Positions 37,088-47,808 of a stretch of 64,000 bases of DNA are shown one piece after another. A model generated the notes under the pieces. The model saw only the letters and a program-made list of their open reading frames with translations. It did no database searches and was not told where the DNA came from. Origin of the DNA: Candidatus Norongarragalina meridionalis (GTDB taxonomy: Archaea; Micrarchaeota; Micrarchaeia; Norongarragalinales; Norongarragalinaceae); NCBI GenBank assembly GCA_902384935.1, contig CABMDO010000009.1, forward strand, positions 3,152 through 67,151, given 5' to 3'. Both the position numbers and the translations under genes were made by a program. Within the stretch, counting starts at the first letter, position 1; every line of letters starts with the position of its first letter.

Positions 37088-37703
37088 GAGACGGCGGCAG
37101 AGTTTTCGAAAAGCTTTTCACGACGTGCGTTCTTATGCCGAGTGAACGCGCTACGGTCGCTTCGAAGGAAACGTCGGTGAAGAAGACGCATTCCGAAGGT
37201 TCCGCCCGCACGGCAGCCAGCACCTTCTTGAACGTTTTCCGTTCTCCCTTGAAACCGGCGGAATCCAGCGTGAAGATTCTGGAAAAGTATTTTCGCAGTT
37301 TGGTGTGCCGCAGTTTTTCGTCCGCGACGTAATCCACGGAGTTGGTGAGCAGCACGAGCCGACGGGTGCGGCGGAGTTTCGCCAGGGTTTTTCTCGCCCA
37401 CGGCAGCGGCTTGACGAGGCGCATGTTTTTTCTCACGAGGCTGCGCACGTCCGCATTGGGGACTCCGAGTTCGCGCAGGAAGAATTCGGGGCGGTACCAA
37501 TCGGATTTCCCCGCGTGTTTTTTCACGAGAAGGCGCATTTTCCGTTTTAGCGATTTGGCGCCGGTAACCTTCGCAGCGTATTCCGGAACGTCATGCATCC
37601 AAAAGCGCTTCTCGTATTTCTCGTTGTCGAGGAGCGTGCCGTCCATATCGAATATTACTATGCATGACGCATTCCGCGGAATGCGTCGTTCAAAGCGTTT
37701 CAC
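37068..37703 (-). CDS. HAD-superfamily hydrolase
   Basis: IFDMDGTLLD motif I, LLTNS motif II. Confidence 0.88.
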   Translation of the reverse strand: MKRFERRIPRNASCIVIFDMDGTLLDNEKYEKRFWMHDVPEYAAKVTGAKSLKRKMRLLVKKHAGKSDWYRPEFFLRELGVPNADVRSLVRKNMRLVKPLPWARKTLAKLRRTRRLVLLTNSVDYVADEKLRHTKLRKYFSRIFTLDSAGFKGERKTFKKVLAAVRAEPSECVFFTDVSFEATVARSLGIRTHVVKSFSKTLPPSLRKMPE

Positions 37704-40700
37704 GCGTAATCAGCCAGCGAGAACTGCTTCGCCTTGTCGTCCTCGAATATGCTCCCTATTTCCTTTTCGAGCAGCATGAGGCGCTGGCGCAGGTAATTCG
37801 GCAAATCGTACTTCTCCGCGGTCTGCTTCGAGATTTCCAGGTACTTCTCGACGGAACCGCGCGAAATCGTCAGTATGATTTTTCCGCCGCATTTAACGCA
37901 CGTGCCGCGCAGCGGAACGCGGCGGTAGCGGGCGTTGCAGTCCACGCAGCGGAATTTCTGCTTCGAGAACGCGCGGAGATTTCCGTAAATGTCGGGAAGG
38001 AAGTGCGAGAGAATCACGCGTTCGATCGCGTTCTGCGCGTCGACCGCGCGGATGCGGAGCATCAAATCGAGTTCCGCCTGCACCTTCTTGCGCATGTCCT
38101 CCATGTCCTTGCCGACGTAGTGCGATTCCACGGGCGCCCGAAGGGTCCCGCGGTGCGTGAATCCGATTCCCTCGTACTGCGATTGCTTTCCGAGGCGGTC
38201 GGCGACGGTTTCGAGCTTCGCTTCCGACGGCGACGCGAATCTTAGAGAGGCTTCGTAGAAGGAAAGCGGGTATTCCGAGCACGTGTCCATCGCGTGCACC
38301 TCGTCGTCCACCTCTGCGGGATCCAGCTCGGTCATGAGCACGAGGGGCGCGTCCATCTTCCCGCCGCGAGACGACGGAAGGAAGTGGCGCGAGAAATTCA
38401 GCAGTCCGTCGAGCAGCAGCATGACGCAAAGCTCGTCGCCGTCCGTGTTGCGGCGGCACGCGCAGTGCAGGTAGGGGTGCGCGATTATCCCCTTGACGTC
38501 GGAGAACGCGATTATCCTCGCTACTATGCCGGCGCTTGTGTGCGGCGCGATGGCGATTACGTGCTTCCCGCGCATGTCCTCTGGCTGTTTCGCGCCGTAA
38601 TACGGCGGCAGACCGTAGTGATAGACGAGCAAATCGTCGACGTATTTCGAGACGCGCATCAGATATTCGGAAGCGTGCTTCGAGAGGATGACGTCCTGCG
38701 CCTTCAGCTCCACCGTTTCGTCGTCGCGTTCCACGTCGTACCCGAGCCCGCGCAGTTCCGCGGCGGTTATCCCGACCTCGCACGGAACGAAGTGCGTCGC
38801 GGGAACCTCGGTTGCATCGTACCGGCACGTCCCGTCACGGAAAACCGAAACGTCCTGCCTCGCGCGCAACAATCCTTTTTCGAGAGGTTCGGGCGACTTG
38901 TCCTCGGAGATGAGCCCGATAACCCCCTTCAGCACCGCCACGTCGCCGTGGTGCATGCCGACGCGCTTCAGCGCGGCGTCGTACAGCTCCGGAAGCTCGA
39001 CGCGCTGCTTCGAATAAAGCGAGATTCTTCCGCCGCACGAACACGTGTCTCCCTCAACCGCCCGCCCGCATTTCGCGCACTGGGGAAGCGCGACTGTTGC
39101 GGAACCGCACTCGCACTTGGCATGCCACGAGCGCTTGCCGCACGACGGGCACAGATGCGACGACAGATCCGCCTCGATGAAATGCTCGCTCCCGTTCTTC
39201 AGCGCCGAAACCGCGCGCACGATGTCGCGCGACGCGCCTCCGAGCTGCCCTATGGGGAAGAGGACGTGCACCGGCGGTTCCATCCTGCGTTCGCGCGTTT
39301 TTTCAGGGCGCCCCATGCTCGCGCCTATGTACGTGCCCGCCTTCCGCATCACGCGCATCCCCGACAACTCGCAAACGAGCTGCATGGCGTCCTTTTCCTT
39401 GTCGGAGAACGCGGCATCGAAGCGCTTCATGGAAAGGGCGCGCTCGCTCAGCACGCCGAGTGTAAAGAGAACCGCCAGCCCCGTTTCCCCTTCGAGAACC
39501 GCGAATTCCCCGTCGAGCTTGTGCGGTATGCCCAGGCGCTCGAGCAGGCGCTTCGCTTTCTTCGGCACGAGCGCGCGCTTGAAATCGAACCATTCGTAAA
39601 CCGCCTTTCCCTCGCATACCGCCGCGGCGAGCTCGTGCAGCTCGTCCGCCGAAACGTCGTGCCAGTAGTACGTGAAACGCGGCGCCAGCGAGGCGCCCTT
39701 TTTCGCCAGCGCAACCGCGTCGTCCCAAGAAATCGACACGAGCTCCTCCGCGGTTTTCTGCACTCCGGCGGCTTCTAGTTCCTTGGAAAACCACTCGTCG
39801 CACCACGCGCCGGGAATAAGCGGGTGGTTGGATTTCAGGAAGTCGCCGTAATTCACGAGCATATCGCCGAGGAACAGGATTTCCTTCACCTTGCCGTGCA
39901 GCATATCCGCCTCGTCCAGCGTTTCAACCCGCCGCACCTCGCCGTCGTTCAGAAGGACAATCGGCCCGTCGATTGTCTCGCACGGCGTCACTATGCACCC
40001 CTTCCCGGGGCGTTCCGTCTTTACCTGCGTGCCTATGACGGGGAAGTTGTCGAGTATGGACATCGACGCGGGATGAATCGCCTTGGATTGTATGCCGCAG
40101 TACGGCGTGCGTCCGTAGCGCAGCCTGAAACCGCCCGGCCGCATCGGGAACGCGAATATCGGGCGCCCTCCGACGAGCTCCTCCATGTATTTTTCGTTGG
40201 GTTTTATCTCGACGCGCTTCGAATCCTGCTTCGTCGTCTTGATCAGTCCTTCGATCCACGCCCAGTCGAGCCCCGCCTTCTTCGTGATTTTGAGAACCTT
40301 CGGCGCCTTCAGGCATATGCCCTCGGTCATTACGAGGCACATGCCGCCGCGGACCCGGTTCGTCTCGACCCTCTGGAGATTCTTATGAACGCTTATCTCG
40401 TATTCCTCGGTGGGTTCGCCGTCTATGCAAACCGGGCAGTTGCGCACGATGAGCCGAACCTCTTCCTCCGTCGGCACGTACTGCCCCGCTCTAGTGCGTA
40501 TGGCGTAAAGATTCAGCTCCTCGACGTAGCGCTCAATCTCGTCCTCGAGCGGGCGGAACTCCGCCACGCCGAAAAAGCGCCTGCAATAATCGCCGAGAAT
40601 AACCGCGAACGCCTGCCCCGTGCCTCCTGCGCCGCGAATCGGGCCGGAGAAATAAAGAGCGAGATAGTCGCTGCCGTCGGGGTTTTTCAGGTGACGGACG

Positions 40701-41071
40701 CGCGAAACGCCTTCGAGCGGCGCGCTTACCACTCCTTCGGTGAAAAGCGCCAATCCCGTGCGAACAGCCTGGTCCATCAGGCGCTCCTTGTCTCCTGCGC
40801 CGTACTTCCCCTCCATGATGTCCTTGGCGATTTCGAACGGCGCGGCGGTTTTCCCCTTTTCCTTCAGGATTTCGCGTATTCGCGCGGCAACCCCTTCCGG
40901 GCCTACGAGTCCTTCGACCCTCGCAGCGAGATCGGGGGCTTCGAGTATCTCGACGTGTGGCTCGGGATCCAGCATTTTTTCGCGCGCCGACGCCGCAACG
41001 CCGTAGGCGCGGGACACCTCGGCGTGAATCCCGTCGAAATACGTGCGCATGGCTGGCGAACACTCTGCCAA
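37700..41071 (-). CDS. polC: DNA polymerase II (PolD) large subunit DP2
   Basis: EGVVSAPLEG, GPIRGAGGT, GGFRLRYGR, MGRPEK, APHTSAG, RRNTDGDE, RGGKMDAPL, C-terminal zinc finger. TTG start inferred. Confidence 0.97.
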   Translation of the reverse strand: MAECSPAMRTYFDGIHAEVSRAYGVAASAREKMLDPEPHVEILEAPDLAARVEGLVGPEGVAARIREILKEKGKTAAPFEIAKDIMEGKYGAGDKERLMDQAVRTGLALFTEGVVSAPLEGVSRVRHLKNPDGSDYLALYFSGPIRGAGGTGQAFAVILGDYCRRFFGVAEFRPLEDEIERYVEELNLYAIRTRAGQYVPTEEEVRLIVRNCPVCIDGEPTEEYEISVHKNLQRVETNRVRGGMCLVMTEGICLKAPKVLKITKKAGLDWAWIEGLIKTTKQDSKRVEIKPNEKYMEELVGGRPIFAFPMRPGGFRLRYGRTPYCGIQSKAIHPASMSILDNFPVIGTQVKTERPGKGCIVTPCETIDGPIVLLNDGEVRRVETLDEADMLHGKVKEILFLGDMLVNYGDFLKSNHPLIPGAWCDEWFSKELEAAGVQKTAEELVSISWDDAVALAKKGASLAPRFTYYWHDVSADELHELAAAVCEGKAVYEWFDFKRALVPKKAKRLLERLGIPHKLDGEFAVLEGETGLAVLFTLGVLSERALSMKRFDAAFSDKEKDAMQLVCELSGMRVMRKAGTYIGASMGRPEKTRERRMEPPVHVLFPIGQLGGASRDIVRAVSALKNGSEHFIEADLSSHLCPSCGKRSWHAKCECGSATVALPQCAKCGRAVEGDTCSCGGRISLYSKQRVELPELYDAALKRVGMHHGDVAVLKGVIGLISEDKSPEPLEKGLLRARQDVSVFRDGTCRYDATEVPATHFVPCEVGITAAELRGLGYDVERDDETVELKAQDVILSKHASEYLMRVSKYVDDLLVYHYGLPPYYGAKQPEDMRGKHVIAIAPHTSAGIVARIIAFSDVKGIIAHPYLHCACRRNTDGDELCVMLLLDGLLNFSRHFLPSSRGGKMDAPLVLMTELDPAEVDDEVHAMDTCSEYPLSFYEASLRFASPSEAKLETVADRLGKQSQYEGIGFTHRGTLRAPVESHYVGKDMEDMRKKVQAELDLMLRIRAVDAQNAIERVILSHFLPDIYGNLRAFSKQKFRCVDCNARYRRVPLRGTCVKCGGKIILTISRGSVEKYLEISKQTAEKYDLPNYLRQRLMLLEKEIGSIFEDDKAKQFSLADYA

Positions 41072-41112
41072 ATAATCCCCAGACAAAAAGAGGGCGAAAG
41101 GAGTATTATACC

Positions 41113-41388
41113 TTATGCGATGGTGACGCCGAGCAGCTTCAGCAGAACCAAGCCGCCGACTCCCGCCAAGCCGAAGAGCGCCGAGATGGCGACAGTAACG
41201 AAAGTAATCGCTATCTGGATTCCGTAAGGCGAGCCGAAGTAGTTTATCACGAACAGCGCGACGATTCCGAGCACCGCGTTCACGAGAATCTTCTTCAGGA
41301 AGAACACGAGCGCTACGGCGGCGACTATCAGAAGCAGTGCGAAAACCCCGAGCATCCACAACGGCAACAGCAGAACCTCAGCGACCAC
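41113..41388 (-). CDS. BofA-like small membrane protein
   Basis: KILVNAVLGIVALFVIN...I.IT.VTV.I....GLAGV pattern. GGAGGTG ribosome-binding site. Confidence 0.75.
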   Translation of the reverse strand: MVAEVLLLPLWMLGVFALLLIVAAVALVFFLKKILVNAVLGIVALFVINYFGSPYGIQIAITFVTVAISALFGLAGVGGLVLLKLLGVTIA

Positions 41389-42199
41389 GGCACGCCACCT
41401 CCTTCGCCAAATCCGACGCGTTATACCTGAAGCCGAACCTCTTGAAAAGCCTGTCGCCCGCCGCACCGTTCAGATACGCGGCGGCGCATGCGGAGAGGAA
41501 TAGACTGTTCTTGCACGCCAACGCGGCAGCCAAACCAGCCAAAACGTCGCCCGTTCCTCCCTTTGTCATGCCCGCGTTGCCCGCAGTATTCTTGGCGATG
41601 CGCTTGCCGTCGGAAATAATGTCCGCGCCCAAGTCCGCTTTGCCCTTCAGAAGAACCACGCACTTCCACTTCGCAGCCTGTTTCTTCGCTTCCTCCGCCG
41701 ACGCGGGTTTTCCGAAAAGCGCGGAGAATTCCCCCGCATGGGGCGTAACCATTACTCTGCCGGCAAACAAACGCTTGTCCGCTACTTTCAGCGCGTCGGC
41801 ATCCAGGACGAATTTTTTGTTCTTGTGCCTGCGCAGCATGCCGTTGACGATGGTTTTTGTGCGCGGCGATACGCCCATGCCGTTGCCCATCAGGATGCAG
41901 TCGGCGCGTTTTGCCGTTGCGTCCAAATCCGCCGCATCCGTCCAGATGAATTCCCTGCTTTTTTTCCGCATTCCGAAGAGAAGCGCCCTGTGCTCCTTCG
42001 CGGGCGAATGGAAGAATATCAAATCTGCGAAACTGGAGGCCGCTTCAATCGCATATAGAGGCGCGCCGTGGTATTTTTCGGAGCCGCCGATTACCAGAAG
42101 CACGCCGTTGTCGCCTTTGCGCGACGATGGGCGCGGACGGACGAGGCGCTTCGTCCAGACGGCGGAAACAACTTCCACGAAAGGAATAGGAAAAGGCAT
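41378..42199 (-). CDS. nnrD: NAD(P)HX dehydratase (YjeF C-terminal domain)
   Basis: KGDNG.LLVIGGS..Y.GA, VLDADAL, TPHAGEF, MTKGGTGDVLAG. Confidence 0.93.
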   Translation of the reverse strand: MPFPIPFVEVVSAVWTKRLVRPRPSSRKGDNGVLLVIGGSEKYHGAPLYAIEAASSFADLIFFHSPAKEHRALLFGMRKKSREFIWTDAADLDATAKRADCILMGNGMGVSPRTKTIVNGMLRRHKNKKFVLDADALKVADKRLFAGRVMVTPHAGEFSALFGKPASAEEAKKQAAKWKCVVLLKGKADLGADIISDGKRIAKNTAGNAGMTKGGTGDVLAGLAAALACKNSLFLSACAAAYLNGAAGDRLFKRFGFRYNASDLAKEVACRGR

Positions 42200-42322
42200 T
42201 TAAAGCACTCTTCCCATAAAAATGTCCCGAATTTTGAATTCAGTGGCGCGGGCGGGCGCGGACATTCGGCTTATAGGATTGCCTCCTTTGGTTGTCCGCT
42301 TGCTCAAGCCGCCACTACTTTT

Positions 42323-43303
42323 TCAAAACTCCAGCTCGCGCTTCCTTTCGCGGCGCGCCTTTTCGAGAGCGGCTTCCGCTTCTCCGAGATGAGCGCCGAT
42401 ATACTCGGCCGACGCGCGCGCTTCCTTTTCCCTTACCCCGAACTCCGCGAGCGCGGTTTTCTGCGTTTCTATCAGGTGGAGCAGCTTCTTGTGCTCGGGA
42501 TTGACTTTTTTAGTTTCCCTTTCAACCGAAGAGTAATAGGCGTCCACCGCTTCCGACAGGGAGGGGAAGAAACGGACTTCCGTTTCGCCCAGCTTTTTCA
42601 ACGGAAAGGGGGAGAACGCAATCGGTTTTCCGTTTTCGTAGTAGACGCAGGGTTTTGCCTCGTCGAAAAGGGAATGCAGCGCCTTGACTACTGCCTTCTT
42701 GTCGTTGATTTCCGCGCCGTATTCCTGCCCCGCGCGGGAACACGCCTCCTCGAGATAGAAGGGCGGGAGGTTTACCGCCTTCGCCAACGCCGCAACCGCC
42801 TTTCCTTCGGGAATGTCCGCTTCCGTCAGCTCGAGCGGGTGTTTTTTGTTGGAAGGAGGCGGAGAGTAAGGCTGCTTCGGGCGGAGAGCGCGCGCCGCAT
42901 ACGTCTCCCGCTTCAACGCGTCGATTATCCTGTCGTCCGAGCCGCAGAACACCACGTTCCCGTTCTGGAACAGCTCGAACACCAGAACGAAAAGCCCGTC
43001 CTTTGCGTCGAATACGAACGAAAGAAGTCGGTCGAAGTTCGTCTGCTTCACGCTCTTTATTTTAGCATTGTCCAGGCGCTTGCGTATGAGCATGACGAAA
43101 TCCGAGGGGCGCTCGGGCGCTTCCTCGACGTACTTCGTCAGATGCGCCCGCACTCCCGCTTCGGCGATGAAATTAACCTCGCCGTTCCTGTTGAGCTTCA
43201 GCCGGAACACGCCGTTCGAGTAGATTTTGTTGATTCTTCCGCCTTCCAGCGCCGCCAGTTCCTTCGCGAGGACGTAGTAGTCGAGGTTTCCCATCTTCTG
43301 CAT
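42323..43303 (-). CDS. NFACT/Rqc2 family protein, N-terminal half only
   Basis: FVMLIRKRL, Q.NFDRLL, LVFELF..GN, R.LRP..PY..PP. Ends at 326 aa. Confidence 0.8.
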   Translation of the reverse strand: MQKMGNLDYYVLAKELAALEGGRINKIYSNGVFRLKLNRNGEVNFIAEAGVRAHLTKYVEEAPERPSDFVMLIRKRLDNAKIKSVKQTNFDRLLSFVFDAKDGLFVLVFELFQNGNVVFCGSDDRIIDALKRETYAARALRPKQPYSPPPSNKKHPLELTEADIPEGKAVAALAKAVNLPPFYLEEACSRAGQEYGAEINDKKAVVKALHSLFDEAKPCVYYENGKPIAFSPFPLKKLGETEVRFFPSLSEAVDAYYSSVERETKKVNPEHKKLLHLIETQKTALAEFGVREKEARASAEYIGAHLGEAEAALEKARRERKRELEF

Positions 43304-43348
43304 GGTAGGATTTCGCCGCAGTCGCTTAAAATGCCCACCGAAAACCCT

Positions 43349-43368
43349 TTATATCGGAACCGATATAA
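43349..43368 (+). promoter_or_regulatory. Probable PadR operator overlapping the TATA box
   Basis: ttatatcgg-aa-ccgatataa is a perfect 9-bp inverted repeat, 10 nt upstream of the padR start. Confidence 0.7.
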
Positions 43369-43378
43369 CACGGTAACG

Positions 43379-43894
43379 ATGACTCAGATGAAAAAGCCCC
43401 CGCGCCCGTTCATCAAGGGAATGCTCGAGCTTATCACGCTCGTCGAGCTGAAGCGCTCCCCGCATTCGGGCAAGGATTTGGCGGGGGACTTCGTATTCCT
43501 GACGAACGGAAAGTGGCGCGTCAGCCCCGGAACGCTTTATCCCGCGCTGCGCGCCATGGAATCAAAGGGATACATCCGCCCCGCGCTTTCGAAGGGAATA
43601 AAAGGACGCAGGGAAATCATTTACGAAATCACGCCCGCCGGACTGAAGCGCCTCGAAAAGGAAAGGGCGGAAGTCCTCGGGCACATGCGCAACATGCTGC
43701 GCATGATGGCGCCGCTGATGCTCAGGCTAATGCACGAGTTCAGCGACGAGGAGATAAGGGACATCATGAAGGACCTCGAAGAGCTCGACAGCCTTCAGGA
43801 GGCGATTTTCAGGATGCCTCCCGAGAGGCGCAGGAAAGTCGTGCGCGGCATCGCCAAGGCTGCGGGAATCATAGGGAAGGGCGTATTGCGTTGA
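43379..43894 (+). CDS. PadR family transcriptional regulator
   Basis: SPGTLYPALRAME.KGYI ... R...YEITPAG. Confidence 0.9.
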   Translation: MTQMKKPPRPFIKGMLELITLVELKRSPHSGKDLAGDFVFLTNGKWRVSPGTLYPALRAMESKGYIRPALSKGIKGRREIIYEITPAGLKRLEKERAEVLGHMRNMLRMMAPLMLRLMHEFSDEEIRDIMKDLEELDSLQEAIFRMPPERRRKVVRGIAKAAGIIGKGVLR

Positions 43895-44571
43895 AATCCA
43901 TCATAGAACTCAAAGACGTGAAGAAAACCTACAAGATGGGGCTCACCGAGGTGAACGCGCTGCGCGGCGTGACTATGCACGTGCGCGAGGGCGAGTTCCT
44001 CGCCATCACGGGGCCCTCGGGCAGCGGAAAGAGCACGCTCATGCACATGGTGGGATGCCTCGACATACCCACGTCGGGAACCATACTTCTCGACGGGCAG
44101 GACATTTCGAAGTTGCACGAGAGCGATTTGGCGCAGATACGCGGCAAGAAAATAGGGTTCGTGTTCCAGTCGTTCAATCTGATAACGTCGCTCACCGCCT
44201 CGGAAAACGTGGAGCTTCCGCTCATGTTCCAGGGCGTGTCGGAGAACGAAAGGCACAAGCGTTCGAAGGCCATACTCGAAAAGGTGGGGCTCACCGAGCG
44301 CGCGAGCCACCGTCCGATGCAATTGAGCGGAGGCGAACAGCAGCGCGTCGCAATAGCGCGCGCGCTCGTAGGCGAACCGAACGTGCTGCTCGCGGACGAA
44401 CCCACGGGTAATCTGGATTCGAAAAGGGGCGCGGAAATCCTGGACATGATGAACGCGCTGAACAAGGACGAGGGCGTAACAGTGGTCATGGTAACGCACG
44501 ACCCCGTTCTCGCCAAGAAGGCGAAGCGGATAGTGCGAATAAAGGACGGAATGGTTGAAAAGGAGGAATGA
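43891..44571 (+). CDS. ABC transporter ATP-binding protein (LolD/MacB type)
   Basis: [35 protein letters not shown]. Confidence 0.95.
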   Translation: MKSIIELKDVKKTYKMGLTEVNALRGVTMHVREGEFLAITGPSGSGKSTLMHMVGCLDIPTSGTILLDGQDISKLHESDLAQIRGKKIGFVFQSFNLITSLTASENVELPLMFQGVSENERHKRSKAILEKVGLTERASHRPMQLSGGEQQRVAIARALVGEPNVLLADEPTGNLDSKRGAEILDMMNALNKDEGVTVVMVTHDPVLAKKAKRIVRIKDGMVEKEE

Positions 44572-45791
44572 TGTCGATGAAAAAAGTGATTTTGGCAATG
44601 CTGTTTTTGATGCCGTTCGCCTTCGCGGCGACGATGACGGTTCTGAGCGGGCAGCTTGAGCTCGCGTCGCTCAGGTATTCCCCGCAGCCCGCCGAACCCG
44701 GAAAGTACGTCGACTTCTGGCTCGGCGTAAGCACGAAGGCGCGCGACACCCTGACGGACGTCGAATGCGCGGTTGTTCCGGATTACCCGTTCAGCATAGA
44801 TGCGACGGAAAGCGCGAACAAAACCATAGGCGACATGCCGCCCTATTCCAGCGCGGTGCTGCAGTTCAAGCTCCGCGTTGACGCGAACGCGGTGAAGGGC
44901 GACAACAGGCTGACTCTAAAGTGCCGCACCGGCGGTTACGATTGGGGCGCCGCTAACACGACGATATACGTGCAGCCGCAGGACGCGGTGCTCACCATCG
45001 GCAAGGTGGAAGCCAATCCGCCCGAAGTGGAACCGGGCGGAATGACGCGGGTCACCATAACGATGAAGAACGACGCGCAGACGTCGCTCAAGGACATAGC
45101 GCTGAAACTCGACCTTTCATCCGTCACGACGCCGATTGCGCCCATTGGCAGCGGCACCGAGAGGCGCATCGGCGGGCTTGTGCCCGGCGAGTCCCAGTCG
45201 GTGTACTTCGAAGTGATGGCTTACGCGAGCGCCCAGCCGCAGGTATACAAGATACCGCTCGACCTCGCGTACGCCGACGAACTCGGCAAGACGTATGAAA
45301 AGACGGAATACGTCGGAATCGTGATAAGCGCGACGCCGAGGATGGACGTCATACTCGAGGACACGAAAATCATACGCCCCGACACCGGCGGAACCGTCTC
45401 GCTCAGCGTGGTGAACATCGGCAAATCCGACGTGAAGTTCCTCACCGCGAAGCTTCTCCCGTCGAACGCATATTCCCTGCTTTCGCCCAACGAGGTATAC
45501 GTCGGCGCGATAAGCAGCGACGACTCGAGCAGCATCGAGTACAAAATATTCGTCGCCAAGGACGCGCCCCACACCATAGACCTGCCCGTGCAGCTCACGT
45601 ACACCGACGCCAGCAACCGCCAGCACACCGAAACGAAGAGCGCGACGATGCGCGTGTACACCGAGGAAGAGATAACCAACATGGACCTGGAGCAGAAGGC
45701 GGGCATGAACATCATCGTCGTCGGCATAGGCGTCGCCGTGCTGCTCTACATCGGATACTACCTCTACAAGAGGTTCGTGAAGAAGAAGTAG
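44568..45791 (+). CDS. COG1361 S-layer-domain/CARDB-like membrane-anchored protein
   Basis: Signal peptide, repeated Ig-like units (P....PG), C-terminal TM plus KKK. Typical ABC operon context. Confidence 0.8.
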   Translation: MMSMKKVILAMLFLMPFAFAATMTVLSGQLELASLRYSPQPAEPGKYVDFWLGVSTKARDTLTDVECAVVPDYPFSIDATESANKTIGDMPPYSSAVLQFKLRVDANAVKGDNRLTLKCRTGGYDWGAANTTIYVQPQDAVLTIGKVEANPPEVEPGGMTRVTITMKNDAQTSLKDIALKLDLSSVTTPIAPIGSGTERRIGGLVPGESQSVYFEVMAYASAQPQVYKIPLDLAYADELGKTYEKTEYVGIVISATPRMDVILEDTKIIRPDTGGTVSLSVVNIGKSDVKFLTAKLLPSNAYSLLSPNEVYVGAISSDDSSSIEYKIFVAKDAPHTIDLPVQLTYTDASNRQHTETKSATMRVYTEEEITNMDLEQKAGMNIIVVGIGVAVLLYIGYYLYKRFVKKK

Positions 45792-45792
45792 A

Positions 45793-47016
45793 ATGTGGGA
45801 TTTCCTCGCGCTCGGACTGCGCAACATATCGCATAGGAGGACCCGAAGCATCCTCACCGTCATCGGGATATTCATAGGCATAGCCGCCGTGGTGTCCCTG
45901 ATTTCGCTGGGCGACGGGTTGCAGCAAGTCGTAGCGGGGGAGTTCCAGAAGCTCGGCACCGACAAAATCACCATCATGGCTACTGCCGGGGGGATGATGT
46001 CGTCGCCGATGGCGAGCGAGATTTCCGCGAATCCGCTCACCGACGAGGACGTCTCGCTGATAAAGCGCGTGCGGGGCGTGAAAGCGGTTGCGGGCATGCT
46101 CATGAAGAGCGCCACGCTGGATTTCAAGAGCGTGAAGAAATCGGGCTTCATCTACGGCATACCCACGGACGAGAACATGAAGATGTTCGAGGACATGAAC
46201 AGCATCGAAATCGTCCAGGGCAGGAAATTCACGCGAACTGACAGGAACGTCATCATAGTCGGAAGCTACTTCGCGACCGACATGTTCGACAAGAAGAAGG
46301 TGAAGATAGGCGACGTCATCACGGTGAACAACAGGGACATGCGCGTGATAGGAATCATGAAAAGCGTGGGCAACCGCATGGACGACTCGTCCGTATACGC
46401 GCCCATGGAAACCGTGCGCGACGTTTTCAGCGAACCCAAGCTCCTGTCGATGATAATGGTGCAGACGTCGCCCGGCGCCGAACCCGCGGAAGTGGCGAGC
46501 GCCATAGAAAAGAAGATGCGCGACAGGCGGCACGAAAAGGAAGGGGAAGAGGACTTCTCCGTTTCCACGTCGGAGCAGCTGATGGCGACGTTCAGCCTGG
46601 TTTTCGGCGCGGTGCAGGCGGTTGTAATCGGAATCGCCGCAATATCGCTGATAGTCGGCGGAATCGGAATCATGAACACCATGTACACGTCGGTGATGGA
46701 ACGCACGCGCGAAATCGGAATCATGAAAGCCATAGGCGCGCGCAACAGCGACATCCTGCAGATATTCCTCATAGAATCGGGCATTCTCGGGCTCATCGGC
46801 GGGCTCGTCGGAATCACGATAGGCGCGGGCATAGCGAAGGTGGCGGAGATTGCAGCAGCCCAGGCGCTGGGCTCGAACATACTGAAGACGTCCTTCACGC
46901 CCGAGCTTATAATCGGCGCGCTGACGTTCTCGTTCCTCATCGGCGCGCTTTCCGGAATAATGCCCGCGAGAACTGCGTCGCTCATGAAGCCCGTCGATGC
47001 GCTGAGATACGAGTAG
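45793..47016 (+). CDS. ABC transporter permease (MacB/FtsX family)
   Basis: RSILTVIGIFIGIAAVV, VGGIGIMNTM..SV.ERTREIG..KAIGA, PVDALRYE. Confidence 0.95.
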   Translation: MWDFLALGLRNISHRRTRSILTVIGIFIGIAAVVSLISLGDGLQQVVAGEFQKLGTDKITIMATAGGMMSSPMASEISANPLTDEDVSLIKRVRGVKAVAGMLMKSATLDFKSVKKSGFIYGIPTDENMKMFEDMNSIEIVQGRKFTRTDRNVIIVGSYFATDMFDKKKVKIGDVITVNNRDMRVIGIMKSVGNRMDDSSVYAPMETVRDVFSEPKLLSMIMVQTSPGAEPAEVASAIEKKMRDRRHEKEGEEDFSVSTSEQLMATFSLVFGAVQAVVIGIAAISLIVGGIGIMNTMYTSVMERTREIGIMKAIGARNSDILQIFLIESGILGLIGGLVGITIGAGIAKVAEIAAAQALGSNILKTSFTPELIIGALTFSFLIGALSGIMPARTASLMKPVDALRYE

Positions 47017-47022
47017 ATTCGC

Positions 47023-47808
47023 ATGGAATACGCTATTGAAACCGAAAAACTCACGAAGAAATACGGGGAACTCACGGCGGTAGACGGCCTGGACCTGCGC
47101 ATAAAGCGCGGCGAAATCTTCGGCTTGCTGGGGCCGAACGGAGCGGGCAAGACGACGCTCATCTCCATGCTCTGCACGATGCTTGAGCCCACGTCCGGGA
47201 AGGCGCGGGTGAACGGATTCGACGTTGAAACGCAGGCGAGCGAAGTGCGCAAGAGCATCGGCATAGTTTTCCAGGACCCCAGCCTCGACGACGAGCTGAC
47301 GGCGTGGGAAAACCTCGACATACACGGCGAACTCTACGGAATGCGCGGCGGCGCGAAGCAGAAGGCGATAGAGAACGCGCTTCAAATCGTGGAGCTTTAC
47401 GACAAGAAGGACGAGCTCGTCAAGCACTATTCCGGCGGCATGAAACGGCGCCTCGAAATCGCGCGCGGCCTGATGCACGCGCCCGCGGTGCTGTTCCTCG
47501 ACGAGCCCACGATAGGATTGGACCCGCAGACGCGACGCCACATATGGGATTCCGTCAGGAAGATGAACCGCGAGAAGGGGGTCACCGTGATACTTACCAC
47601 GCATTACATAGACGAGGCGGACGTGCTTTGCGGCCGCGTCGGCATAGTGGACCACGGAAAAATCGTGGCATGCGACGCACCTTCGAAGCTCAAAACGAAG
47701 GGCGAGTCGCTCGAGGATGTTTTTCTCAGGCTAACCGGCAGCGATATCCGCGAGGAGAAGGCGTCGAACCAGACGATGCGCCTGCGGATGAGGGCGTGGA
47801 ACAGATGA
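47023..47808 (+). CDS. ABC-2 type exporter ATP-binding protein (DrrA-like)
   Basis: GPNGAGKTT, YSGGMKRRLEIA, LDEPTIGLD. Confidence 0.95.
   Translation: MEYAIETEKLTKKYGELTAVDGLDLRIKRGEIFGLLGPNGAGKTTLISMLCTMLEPTSGKARVNGFDVETQASEVRKSIGIVFQDPSLDDELTAWENLDIHGELYGMRGGAKQKAIENALQIVELYDKKDELVKHYSGGMKRRLEIARGLMHAPAVLFLDEPTIGLDPQTRRHIWDSVRKMNREKGVTVILTTHYIDEADVLCGRVGIVDHGKIVACDAPSKLKTKGESLEDVFLRLTGSDIREEKASNQTMRLRMRAWNR

Noticed and set aside
37700-41071. Intein in DP2, or an inactive polymerase (RRNTDGDEL instead of RRNCDGDED)
   Set aside because: The length is normal (about 1120 aa), no insertion is evident, and both catalytic Asp residues of DGD are retained.
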